Source of the DNA: a virus
Taxonomy: Duplodnaviria; Caudoviricetes
Direction: 5' to 3' (one strand)
IMG/VR virus record: IMGVR_UViG_3300028454_001166
Coordinates: 34,758 to 98,757 of that record
DNA length: 64,000 nucleotides
A program made the translations under genes and the position numbers. Numbering within the stretch: position 1 is the first letter of the stretch; each line of letters begins with the position of its first letter. Under the pieces are notes generated by a model. That model did no database searches. It saw only the letters and a program-made list of their open reading frames with translations, and was not told the origin of the DNA. Below, one piece after another: positions 29,142 to 39,750 of this stretch.

Positions 29142-29897
29142 ATGGATTATGGATTCGCCGTAACCGATGCAGGGCGTTATTTGATCGCGCGTCTGTTAAC
29201 AGGGGAGACCATGCACATCACCAAGATCATGGTAGGATCCGGAAAGGTCCCGGATGGAGTGCGGCTTTCGTCCGTTACTCAGCTCTATAATGTTGTGGCA
29301 CAGGCCACGTCCGACGAGCCGAAATGCAAGGACGGCGTAGCCTTCATGACCATCGAATACAACAACTCCCTGAACGGGGGGCTTGAAAGGGGTTTCTTCC
29401 TGAATGAGTTCGGGATCTGGGCGATGGACCCCGCTGTCGGCGAGGTGATGATCGCTTACGGTACGCTGGGGGATTATCCTCAGTTCGTAGCTCCGTTCAA
29501 TTCCGCGATTGGCGTTGATGTTCGCCGATTCCCCGTAGCCATCGCCATCGGTGAAGACAGGGGCATGGTGGTCGATTACAAGACCGAGCTGTGGCTTACC
29601 GCGGAGGATCTGGAAGATTATTACAATCTGACGATCAAGCCGCTCATTCTCGCCGAGATCGATGAAAAGATCGATGCTCACAACAAAGATCCTCACGCCC
29701 ATATGGAAATGGAGAGAGCTTTGAATCTGAAAGTCTACCCCCGGCTCGCGCTTGCCGAGGCCATGGAGGAACTTTCAGACTTGACCTCCGACGACCACAC
29801 GGGCTATGCGAACGAGTATATCGTCACGTTTGAAACACTGGACGGGGCAGACGTCACGGGGGTATGGAACGATGCCCTTTGCCGGATTGAGTTCTAA
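29142..29897 (+). CDS. Tail fibre N-terminal/collar protein
   Basis: VTDAGRYL...GSG...GFFLNEFGIWA...HNKDPHAH. Confidence 0.75.
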   Translation: MDYGFAVTDAGRYLIARLLTGETMHITKIMVGSGKVPDGVRLSSVTQLYNVVAQATSDEPKCKDGVAFMTIEYNNSLNGGLERGFFLNEFGIWAMDPAVGEVMIAYGTLGDYPQFVAPFNSAIGVDVRRFPVAIAIGEDRGMVVDYKTELWLTAEDLEDYYNLTIKPLILAEIDEKIDAHNKDPHAHMEMERALNLKVYPRLALAEAMEELSDLTSDDHTGYANEYIVTFETLDGADVTGVWNDALCRIEF

Positions 29898-29910
29898 GGA
29901 GGTGAAATGA

Positions 29911-32244
29911 ATGGCAACGAAAGATTTTGGAGATCTCTCGGCATCGTGGAAGTCGATAGATGATTCGATTTGGCCTATCCTCTACTCCCCCTATAATGCG
30001 TATTCGGGTTACACCCGTGGGAGCACCGGAAATCTCAAACTTCGGGTAATCGGAAACACGCTGGAATATGAAGCCACCTTCAAAACGCTTAGCAGGTACA
30101 ATTCAGGGCAGGGGACAACTGACTATACGCATTTCCTCAGATCGCTCTATATGGTCTATCCGGGTGGCAATGTAACAATCAGCAACCCGGGTTCCCGGTA
30201 TATTTTGCAATCGGATGACACCGAAACTGTAACCGGATCGGTTACAGTTTCCGGATATGGAAAGGTTACAGTTCGGCCAAATATGCTCTATGATGGTGTG
30301 TGGTCCGAGGAAAATCTTGCATACGAAGAGTATGAGGGATGGATTCCGAGACCCGCTCCGACCATCGGCATCACGTTCCCTGCTGGTAGAGTAGAGGCTG
30401 GAAGAACCGCTTCGCTGAATGTAACTGCCTCCAGCGACGTCACATCCGGAACCGTCACGCGATACTACAGGGCATCCTCGAGCGATCCTTGGCAGATCAA
30501 AGATATCAAGAGCAATGTCAAAACCAATCAGACGGTAAGTGACAGCATTCCATCGGATTGGGTTGGTTATCAGGTTAAATGGAGATACACGGCGAGCAAC
30601 GGCACTGAAACGTACAAAGAAACCTCGGTGTACACCGTTGAAGTCTATGACGATTCAACCGCATCGATTTCCCTTCTGAGCAGTACCTTCTACGAAGGCG
30701 GAAAGGTTACCGTTCAGTGTTCAAATACCGGAACGGTAAAATCCGGCGTTGTATCTCGATATTATCAGGCGAAGGGGAGTAATTCTTGGACGGTTACCCA
30801 AATTGCCATAAACGTGACTGCGCGGAGCACCAACATCGAGGACACAATTCCTGAAAATACCGGTGGCGGTACTATCTACTGGAAGTACGAAGTCAATGAC
30901 GGAAGAAAGTCCGCCGAAACTGCTCAAAAAGCCATCACTGCCAACTCGCCGCCTACGACTCCCCCTTCGCTGACGATCCCTTCTGCGATCACAGCGGGGC
31001 AGAATTTCACGGTTTCATGGGGAAGCTCTACGGACGTTGATAATAACCTTTCTGGCTATGTTCTTCAGCGTTCCATCAACCAAGGGGCGTCTTGGGATAC
31101 CATCTATCAAGGCCCGGCTACCTCTTTTACTGACAAGCTCTTATTGAATCAAGCTGCCACAGTTCGGTATCGTGTTAATGCCTACGACAGCTTCGGAGCA
31201 ACGTCAGACTATATATATGCTCCCTCCTCCGGAGATCGCACGGTAACGAACAACCATGCTCCGACAACCCCTGCGGCTCCAATAACCGTCACCCCCGCCA
31301 CTTTGACGTCTGGCATTACAGCCATCATTTCTTGGGGCACGTCCACGGATGAAGATGGTGATAGCTTCAATTATGTGCTTGAGCGAGCCGTGGATGGTTC
31401 CAAATCTTTCACGAAGATCTACGAAGGCACGGCACAGCAGTTCACTGAAACGGTAGGAAATTGGGAGACGGTAACATACCGGGTAAAAGCGGTTGATTCA
31501 AAAAATGCTTCTTCTGCTTACCGCACCGCAGACGCTAAAGCTGTTTCCCAGAACGCCGTTCCGACCATCACCTGTGCCAATGAAGACGGCGCGGATTTGG
31601 GGACGAAGAGTGAGGTATTCAGCTTCACGTATTCCGTCAATGACACAAACGCTTCCGACACTTTGACCGTCAAGGAGATGGTTGACGGAGTAGTGAAGAA
31701 GACGATCAATAACGCCGTCCGTAACCAGAACTATACGTTCAACTTCAGAACCGGATCTGCCGCGTCCACAACCTACTGGAACAAAATCTTGAACGGATCT
31801 CACACGATTACGATTTCCGTCTCGGATGGAACCCGTACCGTTTCGAAATCGTTCACCTTCCTGAAGAGCGTCGGGGCTTGTCTGATTACGATGGCCGAGG
31901 CGATCACTGCCAACAAGAATATCGACAAGGCCGTGGTTTCGATCTGCGGTAACATTCCTGCCGGAGGGCTGACTGCGGTTCAGGTCACAGCGGATGATGG
32001 AACGCATTGGGAGGACTGCATCCTTGCTTCCGGAACCGGCGTAACGGAATCCGGGATCGGCAACCGTAAGAAGATGGCGACCGGAGCATTGACCGAGGAG
32101 CTTCTTGGCGGGCATTATCTTTTCATCCATACGATGGCGAACACGGGGAAGAAATTCAATTTCCGCGTTCAGGCTCAGAAGGTCGGGGAGAATGGGGGAC
32201 ATATTTCTTCCGTGCAGGGTACCTTCACTGAGGTGAACACATAA
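29911..32244 (+). CDS. Tail fibre/adhesin with fibronectin-III-like repeats
   Basis: Repeated VSWGSSTD...Y.L.R...IY.G...YRV.A.D units. Confidence 0.75.
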   Translation: MATKDFGDLSASWKSIDDSIWPILYSPYNAYSGYTRGSTGNLKLRVIGNTLEYEATFKTLSRYNSGQGTTDYTHFLRSLYMVYPGGNVTISNPGSRYILQSDDTETVTGSVTVSGYGKVTVRPNMLYDGVWSEENLAYEEYEGWIPRPAPTIGITFPAGRVEAGRTASLNVTASSDVTSGTVTRYYRASSSDPWQIKDIKSNVKTNQTVSDSIPSDWVGYQVKWRYTASNGTETYKETSVYTVEVYDDSTASISLLSSTFYEGGKVTVQCSNTGTVKSGVVSRYYQAKGSNSWTVTQIAINVTARSTNIEDTIPENTGGGTIYWKYEVNDGRKSAETAQKAITANSPPTTPPSLTIPSAITAGQNFTVSWGSSTDVDNNLSGYVLQRSINQGASWDTIYQGPATSFTDKLLLNQAATVRYRVNAYDSFGATSDYIYAPSSGDRTVTNNHAPTTPAAPITVTPATLTSGITAIISWGTSTDEDGDSFNYVLERAVDGSKSFTKIYEGTAQQFTETVGNWETVTYRVKAVDSKNASSAYRTADAKAVSQNAVPTITCANEDGADLGTKSEVFSFTYSVNDTNASDTLTVKEMVDGVVKKTINNAVRNQNYTFNFRTGSAASTTYWNKILNGSHTITISVSDGTRTVSKSFTFLKSVGACLITMAEAITANKNIDKAVVSICGNIPAGGLTAVQVTADDGTHWEDCILASGTGVTESGIGNRKKMATGALTEELLGGHYLFIHTMANTGKKFNFRVQAQKVGENGGHISSVQGTFTEVNT

Positions 32245-32255
32245 GGAGGGCTTGA

Positions 32256-35200
32256 ATGTACTTCAAAAAGCTGAAAATCAACGGTATTGAGTATGAAATG
32301 GAAACCCATATTGTCGGAGAGGAGGATCCCACCTCCGAGACCGAAGGCAATCTGGGCCAGTTCTATTACAACTCGAATACCGGCATCTTCTGGAAGTGTA
32401 CCTATTCCGAGGATGGCGTGTACTCTTGGGAAGAGTTCAGCACGACCGCCTTTGATGAAGTCACGATGGATGAAGAAACCCGGCTTCTCCATTTCCTGAA
32501 AAATGGGGAAGATGTAGTCGATCCTGTGTACATCGCGGGAGGCGGCGGAGGCAGCGGAGGCGGCAGCGGCAACAATGCCGTCCTCACCGTTACAAACATG
32601 ACCGGATGGCTGGCGCATACGATCAGCACCGGCGCGGACTGCTATCTGTCTATCGACTGGTCTTCCCTCGAAAATGAGATGGAGACCGGCGCGGGCATCC
32701 TGACGATCCGCGTGAACAACGTGGTGAAGCGGACGCTGGACATTTCTCAGGGGACCGTCCGGATCAACCTCAAGGATATTCTTGCGACCGGATCCAACAA
32801 GGTCAAGCTGACCGTAACCGACGTGTACGAGAACACGAAGTCGATCACCTTCACAATCAAGTCCGTCGATCTGCGGCTGGCAAGCTCGTTCTCCACGGTT
32901 TCCGAATTCACCGAGGGCGAGGCTGTCGTATTCACCTACACGCCCTACGGCTCCGTTTCCAAGACCACGCATTTCGAGGTGGACGGAGCGGATGCCGGGA
33001 CGCAGGTTGTGACGGCCTCCGGCAGACAGCAGAGCTACACCCTCCCGGCCATGGCCCACGGCGCGCACAGCCTGAAAGTCTGGTTCACGGCTGAGATCGA
33101 CGGGGAGGAAGTGTCCTCGAACGTCTTATGGTTTGACATGATCGTGGTCGGGGATTCGACCGCGCCGATCATTTCGACCTCGTTCCGCACCTCCGAAGCC
33201 GTGCAGTACGAAACCCTGTACATCAAATACCGCGTCTACACCCCGAACAGTCTGACGTCCGTTGTCAGCCTGTATTCCGGGAACACGAAGATCACCGATC
33301 TGACCGTGGACCGGACGGAACAGACATGGACCTATCGCTGCGACGGATACGGGGAGCTGAATCTTTCGATCCGGAGCGGAACCGCCGTCGTGAATTTCGT
33401 GATCGACGTGGAGCAGTCCGACATTGACACGGAGCCGGAGGCCGACTCCCTCGCCCTGCATCTTTCGAGCTACGGGCGATCCAACAACGAGGAGCATCCG
33501 GAGGTCTGGAAGGACGAAGAGCACAACATTTCCTGCCAGCTCACGGGATTCAGCTACGTTGCAAACGGATGGGTCGCGGACAAGGACGGCAACACCGTCC
33601 TTCGCGTCTCCGGAAACGCCCGCGTGACGATCCCGTACAAGCCCTTCGAGAGAGATTTCCGCACCACGGGCAAGACGCTTGAGTTTGAGTTTGCGACGCG
33701 GGATGTGCTGGACTACGACGCGGTGCTGGTTTCCTGCATGAACGGAAACCGCGGATTCGAACTCACGTCCCAGCGGGCAACGCTGAAATCCGAACGGTCG
33801 GAGATTTCCACGCAGTACAAGGAAGACGAGCACGTCCGGATTTCCTTTGTGGCGGAGAAGAGAACCGAAAGCCGCCTGATCTACGTTTACATCAACGGCA
33901 TCATGTCCGGCGTGGTGGAGTATCCGGAAGACGACGACTTCTCCCAGCAGTCTCCGGTGAACATCACCATCGGCGCGAACACCTGCACGACCGATCTATA
34001 CAACATCCGGGTCTACGACAACAACCTGACCCGGTTCCAGATCGTGAGCAACTGGATCGCCGACACGCAGAACATCACGGAAATGCTGGCCCGGTACGAG
34101 CACAACAACGTGTACGACGAATACGGGAATGTCGTCATTTCCAAGCTGCCGAAGGATCTGCCGTACATGATCATCGAGGCGGAGGAACTTCCGCAGTACA
34201 AGGGCGACAAGAAGACGGTTTCCGTGGAGTACACCGACCCCGTAACCCCCGGCAGGAGCTTCACGGCGACCGGATGTCAGGCAAACGTACAGGGGACGTC
34301 CTCCGCGCCATACGCCCGGAAGAACTACGATATGCAGTTCAAGGCGGGATTCGTTCTCGCGGACAAGTCCTCGGCGGAAAACTACGAGCTGGCCCCCGGA
34401 ATCATCCCCTTCAACCGTTTCGTTCTGAAAGCGGATGTGGCGTCCTCGGAATCCGCAAACAACGTGGAGCTGGTGAAGCTGTTCTGCGAGGCCGATCCCT
34501 ACAAACGCCCCGAAGAACTGTCGAATGCTAAGGTCAGAAAGGGTATCTACGGCTTCCCGATTGTGCTGTTCTGGCGCAATCCTGCGGACGGTTCGGAACA
34601 GTTCATGGGGAAGTACAACTTCAACCTGCCCAAACGTGCTCCCGGCCCCTACGGGTACAGCGGAGACATGGAGTCTTGGGAGTTCCAGAACAACACCTCC
34701 AACCTCATGCTTTTCCTGAGCGACTATTTCTCCGAGGCACCTCAGGCTGATCCCTCCACCGGAGAGGTCAAGGCCGCATGGCGATATGATTACGAAGCGC
34801 GTTTTCCCTCCGACGAATGGGTGGACTACTCCAAACTTCAGGAGTTCCAATCCTTTGTCTTCTCGACCTACCGGGCCGGGGCGACGGGGAATGATCTGGA
34901 AACGCCCGTGACCTATCAGGAGACCCATACCGTCTATGATGAGGTGGTGGATCCGGAAACCGGAGCTGTGGACTATGTGGAGCGGCTTGTGACGGAGGAT
35001 GTGACCTACACCAAGGATACGGCGGAATACCGTCTATCCCGCTTCCATCATGAGTTCGGTAAATATGCGGAGGTGGATTCGTTCCTCTTCTACTACATCT
35101 TTACCGAATTGTTCCTGATGGTGGACTCCCGTGCGAAGAACCTGTTCATCGGCTTCTCGGGCGGGCCGACGTCCGGCCTGACCCACCTCGACCGCAAGGC

Positions 35201-38200
35201 CGTTGCAGAGCCTTACGACATGGACACGGCGATAGGTACGAACAACGAGGGCTCGCTGGTTTTTGACTACGGTCTCGAAGACACCGACCACCTCGCGGGC
35301 GGCGCGGATGTATTCAACGGCCAGAATTCTGTCCTCTGGTGCAACCTGAGAGACGCTTTCTCCCGCGAGATCGCGCAGATGTATCAGTCCCTCCGCTCGG
35401 CGGGCGTTCTGTCCTACGCGACAGTTTCTGCACGGTTTACCGATCACCAAGCCAAATGGCCGGAGGCGATCTTCAACGACGATGCGCAGTTCAAATACCT
35501 CGACCCGCTGGTGAATCCCGATCCCGGCAAGGAGCCTACGGCCGTCTACCTGCCCATGCTTCAGGGATCCAAGGCGGAGCAGCGGAAATGGTGGCTCTAC
35601 AACCGGTTCCGCTACATGGATTCCAAGTGGAACGCCGGGGACGCGCTGACGGACGTGATCCAGCTCAGAGGCTACGCCAAGGCGGATATCACGGTCACGC
35701 CCTACGCGGATATTTACCCGACCATCAAATACGGTTCCGTTCCTGTTCAGGCGAGAGGAAAGCATGGCGTTCCCCAGACGCTGGCCTGTCCCCTCGATAA
35801 CGTGAACGACACCGAAATCTATATCTACTCCGCCTCCCAGCTTGCCTCAGTTGGAGATTTGTCCGGGTTGAAGGTCGGTTTCGCTGACTTCTCCAAAGCG
35901 ACGAAGCTCCAGTCCATCAAGGTTGGCTCGGACGAGGCGGGATACACAAACCAGAACCTTACGGGCCTGAGTGTGGGTACGAACCCGCTTCTCGGATCCG
36001 TGGATGCCCGGAACTGCACAGCCCTTGTCGGTACGGTGGATCTGTCGGGTGCGGCGAACGTCGAAACCGTTCTTCTGGAAGGAACTGCCGTTACCGGTGT
36101 TGCCCTTCCGAACGGCGGCATTCTGAAAACGCTCCACCTGCCCGGTACGGTGACGAACCTGACCGTGCGGAACCAGCCGGGGATCACGAGCTTCGTCATG
36201 CCGGACTACGAGAATATCACGACCCTCCGCGTGGAGAACAGCCCCGGAATCCCGGTGGAAGACATTCTCGCCGAGATCCCGGAAAACAGCCGCGTCCGCA
36301 TTCTCGGTTTTGTCTCCGAAATGACGACGGTCGAAGAGGTGGATGCGTTCTACGCGCGCCTCGACACCATGCGCGGCCTCGACGAATCGGGCGGAAACGT
36401 GGACACCGCGGTTGTGGCAGGGAAGATCACGGGGCTCGACACGATCACGGGCGCATGGCTCGCAGACAAGCTCTCGAAATACCCGAACATCGAGATCGAA
36501 TACCAGCACATCACCAGCAGTCTGCGGTACTACAACTACGACGGTTCGACGCTGATCACCACCGAGACCATCACGGACGGCGGCGACGGAACATACTCCG
36601 GCACTCCGTCCAGAAGCTCGACGGCACAATACAGCTACACCTTCGTCGGCTGGAACCGGAACAAGAACGCGACCGCGAAGGACAGCAGCGCGACCAAGGC
36701 CGTGACCGCCGACCGGGACGTTTACGCGGCCTATACGGCCACGGTGCGGACGTACACGATCACATGGAAGAACAGCAACGGAACCGTTCTCGAGACGGAC
36801 AACAACGTGCCTTACGGATCCACGCCGAGATACAACGGATCGACGCCGCAGAATCCCGACAGCTCGGGCGGCGCGTTCCGCGGATGGACACCCACGGTCA
36901 CGACCGTCACCGGGAACACGACGTACACGGCTTCCTATGTGCCGAAGTATGACGTGAAGTTCTACAACGGTTCGACCCTGCTCCAGACGGTTTCCGTTTT
37001 GGAAGGAGGAACGGCGGTATATACCGGAGAGACTCCGGTTGACGCGGGCGGAGCCGAGTTCCTTGGATGGGCGGCTTCGGCCGGTCAGCACTCCGCGGAC
37101 GCCAATATTCTGAAGAATATCACGGCGAACAAGAGCGTCTATGCGGCGTTCAAGTCTCCGATTGAGGTTCCCACGGCGACGACTGCGGAGGGGGCTTACG
37201 GTGTGGAATGGAACTACGGGGCGACGGCAACCACCCTGACAAGAAAGGGGCTGGCAGCTTCGTTCGGCAATCCCGTTCCGGCCGATTCCCTCACCGGTTC
37301 CGGATCCTCTCCGTTCGATACGGTTGCGCCGTGGAAGGACATGAAGCGGTACAACGTAATCGACGGGGCGGTCTCGTATTCGCAGGACGACGCCGGATAC
37401 TCCGAAACGGACTACGATACCGTGGTCTACATCCCGGAGTTTTATTACACGGCCTACAAAGACACCGCCGATTCCAAGTGGCTGTGGGCGATCTCTCCGA
37501 CGCCGCTTGAGGGTTTTGTGAAGCACCCCGGTTCCGGTCGGTACATCGGGCGGTTCCACACCTCCGGAAGCTCGTCCGGTGTATTCTCGAAATCGGGCGC
37601 TGCTCCGCTGGCGAACACCACCCGTGCGAACTTCCGGATGTACTCCCACAACAAAGGCGAAAAGTGGCGTCAGCTCGACCTCGCGGCGTGGTCTGCGCTT
37701 CAGATGCTCTACCTTGTGGAATTTGCGAACTTCTATTCGCAGAGCACACTCGGGACGGGCTATGATACCGGATCGGTCGGCACGATGGGCGAGACCGGCG
37801 AGGCGGCTTACCATACGCTGAAACGCTCGAAGGCGCACAATATGTACCGCTGGATCGAAGATCCGTTCTCGAATGTTCTGGACTGGTGCGACGGCTTTGT
37901 CGCTTCATCCAGAGCTGCCTACACCAGCATCGACTACGGGAGCTACAAGGATACAACCACGGGCATGGATAAAACCGGCATCACGCTCCCGAGTTCGAAC
38001 TATATTTCGGGATTCGGATACAGCGCGGAAGCGCCTTATGCGTTCATCCCTGATAAAGCGTCAGGAGCAGAAACAACCTACGTTACAGACCGCGTCTACT
38101 CGAACACCGGGACTTGCGTCCTGTACGTCGGCGGTAGCTGCAACGCGAACGCGGACTATGGGTTCTTCTGCTTCGGCGCCTACCTCTCGGCTTCGAACAC

Positions 38201-38240
38201 CTACGCCAGCTTCGGCTCCCGCCTCCTTTATATCCCTTAA
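32256..38240 (+). CDS. Large tail/receptor-binding protein, DGR target (LamG-like, LRR-like and Listeria-Bacteroides-like repeats, C-terminal CLec-like variable domain)
   Basis: 1994 aa; YTFVGW..TA..DVYA.Y repeats; C-terminus LYVGGS...FGSRL contains the VR. Confidence 0.85.
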   Translation: MYFKKLKINGIEYEMETHIVGEEDPTSETEGNLGQFYYNSNTGIFWKCTYSEDGVYSWEEFSTTAFDEVTMDEETRLLHFLKNGEDVVDPVYIAGGGGGSGGGSGNNAVLTVTNMTGWLAHTISTGADCYLSIDWSSLENEMETGAGILTIRVNNVVKRTLDISQGTVRINLKDILATGSNKVKLTVTDVYENTKSITFTIKSVDLRLASSFSTVSEFTEGEAVVFTYTPYGSVSKTTHFEVDGADAGTQVVTASGRQQSYTLPAMAHGAHSLKVWFTAEIDGEEVSSNVLWFDMIVVGDSTAPIISTSFRTSEAVQYETLYIKYRVYTPNSLTSVVSLYSGNTKITDLTVDRTEQTWTYRCDGYGELNLSIRSGTAVVNFVIDVEQSDIDTEPEADSLALHLSSYGRSNNEEHPEVWKDEEHNISCQLTGFSYVANGWVADKDGNTVLRVSGNARVTIPYKPFERDFRTTGKTLEFEFATRDVLDYDAVLVSCMNGNRGFELTSQRATLKSERSEISTQYKEDEHVRISFVAEKRTESRLIYVYINGIMSGVVEYPEDDDFSQQSPVNITIGANTCTTDLYNIRVYDNNLTRFQIVSNWIADTQNITEMLARYEHNNVYDEYGNVVISKLPKDLPYMIIEAEELPQYKGDKKTVSVEYTDPVTPGRSFTATGCQANVQGTSSAPYARKNYDMQFKAGFVLADKSSAENYELAPGIIPFNRFVLKADVASSESANNVELVKLFCEADPYKRPEELSNAKVRKGIYGFPIVLFWRNPADGSEQFMGKYNFNLPKRAPGPYGYSGDMESWEFQNNTSNLMLFLSDYFSEAPQADPSTGEVKAAWRYDYEARFPSDEWVDYSKLQEFQSFVFSTYRAGATGNDLETPVTYQETHTVYDEVVDPETGAVDYVERLVTEDVTYTKDTAEYRLSRFHHEFGKYAEVDSFLFYYIFTELFLMVDSRAKNLFIGFSGGPTSGLTHLDRKAVAEPYDMDTAIGTNNEGSLVFDYGLEDTDHLAGGADVFNGQNSVLWCNLRDAFSREIAQMYQSLRSAGVLSYATVSARFTDHQAKWPEAIFNDDAQFKYLDPLVNPDPGKEPTAVYLPMLQGSKAEQRKWWLYNRFRYMDSKWNAGDALTDVIQLRGYAKADITVTPYADIYPTIKYGSVPVQARGKHGVPQTLACPLDNVNDTEIYIYSASQLASVGDLSGLKVGFADFSKATKLQSIKVGSDEAGYTNQNLTGLSVGTNPLLGSVDARNCTALVGTVDLSGAANVETVLLEGTAVTGVALPNGGILKTLHLPGTVTNLTVRNQPGITSFVMPDYENITTLRVENSPGIPVEDILAEIPENSRVRILGFVSEMTTVEEVDAFYARLDTMRGLDESGGNVDTAVVAGKITGLDTITGAWLADKLSKYPNIEIEYQHITSSLRYYNYDGSTLITTETITDGGDGTYSGTPSRSSTAQYSYTFVGWNRNKNATAKDSSATKAVTADRDVYAAYTATVRTYTITWKNSNGTVLETDNNVPYGSTPRYNGSTPQNPDSSGGAFRGWTPTVTTVTGNTTYTASYVPKYDVKFYNGSTLLQTVSVLEGGTAVYTGETPVDAGGAEFLGWAASAGQHSADANILKNITANKSVYAAFKSPIEVPTATTAEGAYGVEWNYGATATTLTRKGLAASFGNPVPADSLTGSGSSPFDTVAPWKDMKRYNVIDGAVSYSQDDAGYSETDYDTVVYIPEFYYTAYKDTADSKWLWAISPTPLEGFVKHPGSGRYIGRFHTSGSSSGVFSKSGAAPLANTTRANFRMYSHNKGEKWRQLDLAAWSALQMLYLVEFANFYSQSTLGTGYDTGSVGTMGETGEAAYHTLKRSKAHNMYRWIEDPFSNVLDWCDGFVASSRAAYTSIDYGSYKDTTTGMDKTGITLPSSNYISGFGYSAEAPYAFIPDKASGAETTYVTDRVYSNTGTCVLYVGGSCNANADYGFFCFGAYLSASNTYASFGSRLLYIP
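38091..38228 (+). repeat. DGR variable repeat (VR)
   Basis: 138-bp ungapped match to 38403-38540 with 15 mismatches, 14 of them opposite TR adenines. Confidence 0.95.
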
Positions 38241-38247
38241 GGGGGAC

Positions 38248-38265
38248 CGGGGGTCGCAACCCCCG
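38248..38265 (+). other. DGR target-recognition hairpin downstream of VR
   Basis: CGGGGGT-CGCA-ACCCCCG, just after the target gene stop. Confidence 0.8.
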
Positions 38266-38402
38266 AGAGCTTAAAGCTCAGGCAAAACAAACAGCAAAGC
38301 AAACACAACAAACGCAACGGAAGTCCATATCCGTCCGCGCACAGCGGTCGGATATGGGATTTCCCGGGATTCCCTGCGCAGTGGAGCGGTGCTTGTATCC
38401 TT

Positions 38403-38540
38403 CGCGTCAACTCGAACACCGGGACCTGCGTCCTGTACGTCGGCGGTAACTACAACGCGAACGCGAACTATGGGTTCTTCTACTTCAACGCCAACAACTC
38501 GGCTTCGAACACCAACGCCAACATCGGCTCCCGCCACCTT
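38403..38540 (+). ncRNA. DGR template repeat (TR)
   Basis: AAC-rich copy of VR, upstream of the RT gene. Confidence 0.95.
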
Positions 38541-38659
38541 GTTCATACGGTTTGTGATATGCGCGCAGGGCTTTCCGTACCACTTGGTAAAAATATCGCC
38601 GCAAGGAGAGTGTTTAGTAGGACTATCTCGAAAAACGCTCAGGCGAACAAGGAGAAAAG

Positions 38660-39739
38660 ATGCCAAAAAGAATTGGATTTCTCTACGACAAAATGTGCGA
38701 CAAGGTTTTCATCCGAACCGCCATCCTCGAAGGCGCGGTCGGAAAACACAAGCGGGCCGACGTGAAAGCGGTTCTCGAAGATCTTGACGGCTATGTGAAC
38801 AAGACATACGAAATGCTGGTGAACCGCGCTTATGTTCCGACGCCGCCGAGATCGAAGCGGATCTACGACAAGACCTGTCAGAAAGAGCGGACGATCCAGA
38901 TTGTCCCGTACTTCCCGGACGGAATCATGCACTGGCTCTGCGTCAAGGCGATGCGGGGCGTTCTGATGCGCGGGATGTACCGCTGGAGCTGCGCGTCCAT
39001 ACCGGGCCGCGGGAACAAATGCGCATGGAGCTATGTCAAGCGCGCTTTGAAGAAGGATCCGAAGGGGACGAAATACTGTCTGAAGATGGACATCAAGAGC
39101 TACTATCCATCGATCAGGCCGAAGCGTCTGATCTGGGCCCTGGCCCGCAAGATCAAGGACAAGCTGTTTCTGAAAACCGTTTACAGCATAGTGGCTTCGA
39201 ATCCGGATCCCGGAATCGCGGTCGGTTTTTACATCAACCAATGGCTCGCAAACTATTTTCTCGAACCGCTCGACCGGCTGATCTGCTCCCTTCCCGGTGT
39301 CAAACACTACGTGCGGAACATGGACGACATGGTAGTATTCGGGTCGAGCAAACGGGATCTGCACCGGGCGCGGGCGAAAATCTCCGAGTTCCTTTTGGAT
39401 CGTCTTTCTCTGGTGCTGAAAGGGAACTGGCAGGTATTTCCCGTGGACGGGCGCGGCGTGGACTTCATCGGCTATCGGTTCTTCCACTCGCACACCGCTT
39501 TGAGGCGGAGGAATTTCCTGCGCTTCATCCGGCAGTGCCGCAGGGTGGCCGGGATGGCCGCGGACGGGATCGCCATTCCATTTCACGAGGCGTCAGGTCT
39601 TCTCTCCCGGGCCGGTTCGCTGAAACACTGCGACTGCGCGGGCGCCAAGCGGCGGTATCTGGACGAGGGAGTCAGCGTCGGGCGGCTGAAACGGGTCGTG
39701 AGAGAACATGATCTGCACCTCCGCCTGACGACCGCATAG
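38660..39739 (+). CDS. DGR reverse transcriptase
   Basis: KERTI, ASIPGRG, LKMDIKSYYPSI, GIAVGFYINQWLAN, YVRNMDDM, VDFIGY; adjacent to TR/VR. Confidence 0.93.
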   Translation: MPKRIGFLYDKMCDKVFIRTAILEGAVGKHKRADVKAVLEDLDGYVNKTYEMLVNRAYVPTPPRSKRIYDKTCQKERTIQIVPYFPDGIMHWLCVKAMRGVLMRGMYRWSCASIPGRGNKCAWSYVKRALKKDPKGTKYCLKMDIKSYYPSIRPKRLIWALARKIKDKLFLKTVYSIVASNPDPGIAVGFYINQWLANYFLEPLDRLICSLPGVKHYVRNMDDMVVFGSSKRDLHRARAKISEFLLDRLSLVLKGNWQVFPVDGRGVDFIGYRFFHSHTALRRRNFLRFIRQCRRVAGMAADGIAIPFHEASGLLSRAGSLKHCDCAGAKRRYLDEGVSVGRLKRVVREHDLHLRLTTA

Positions 39740-39750
39740 GGAGGGCGCGC

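Noticed and set aside
12537-37838. Long minus-strand ORFs (12537-13802, 18122-19759, 24821-26548, 33996-34928, 35847-37838)
   Set aside because: They are antisense shadows of well-supported, codon-biased + strand genes, with no recognisable motifs.
38271-38787. ORFs overlapping TR (38389-38787 +, 38271-38666 -) as possible avd
   Set aside because: They are off-frame readings of TR, low complexity, with no Avd-like sequence.
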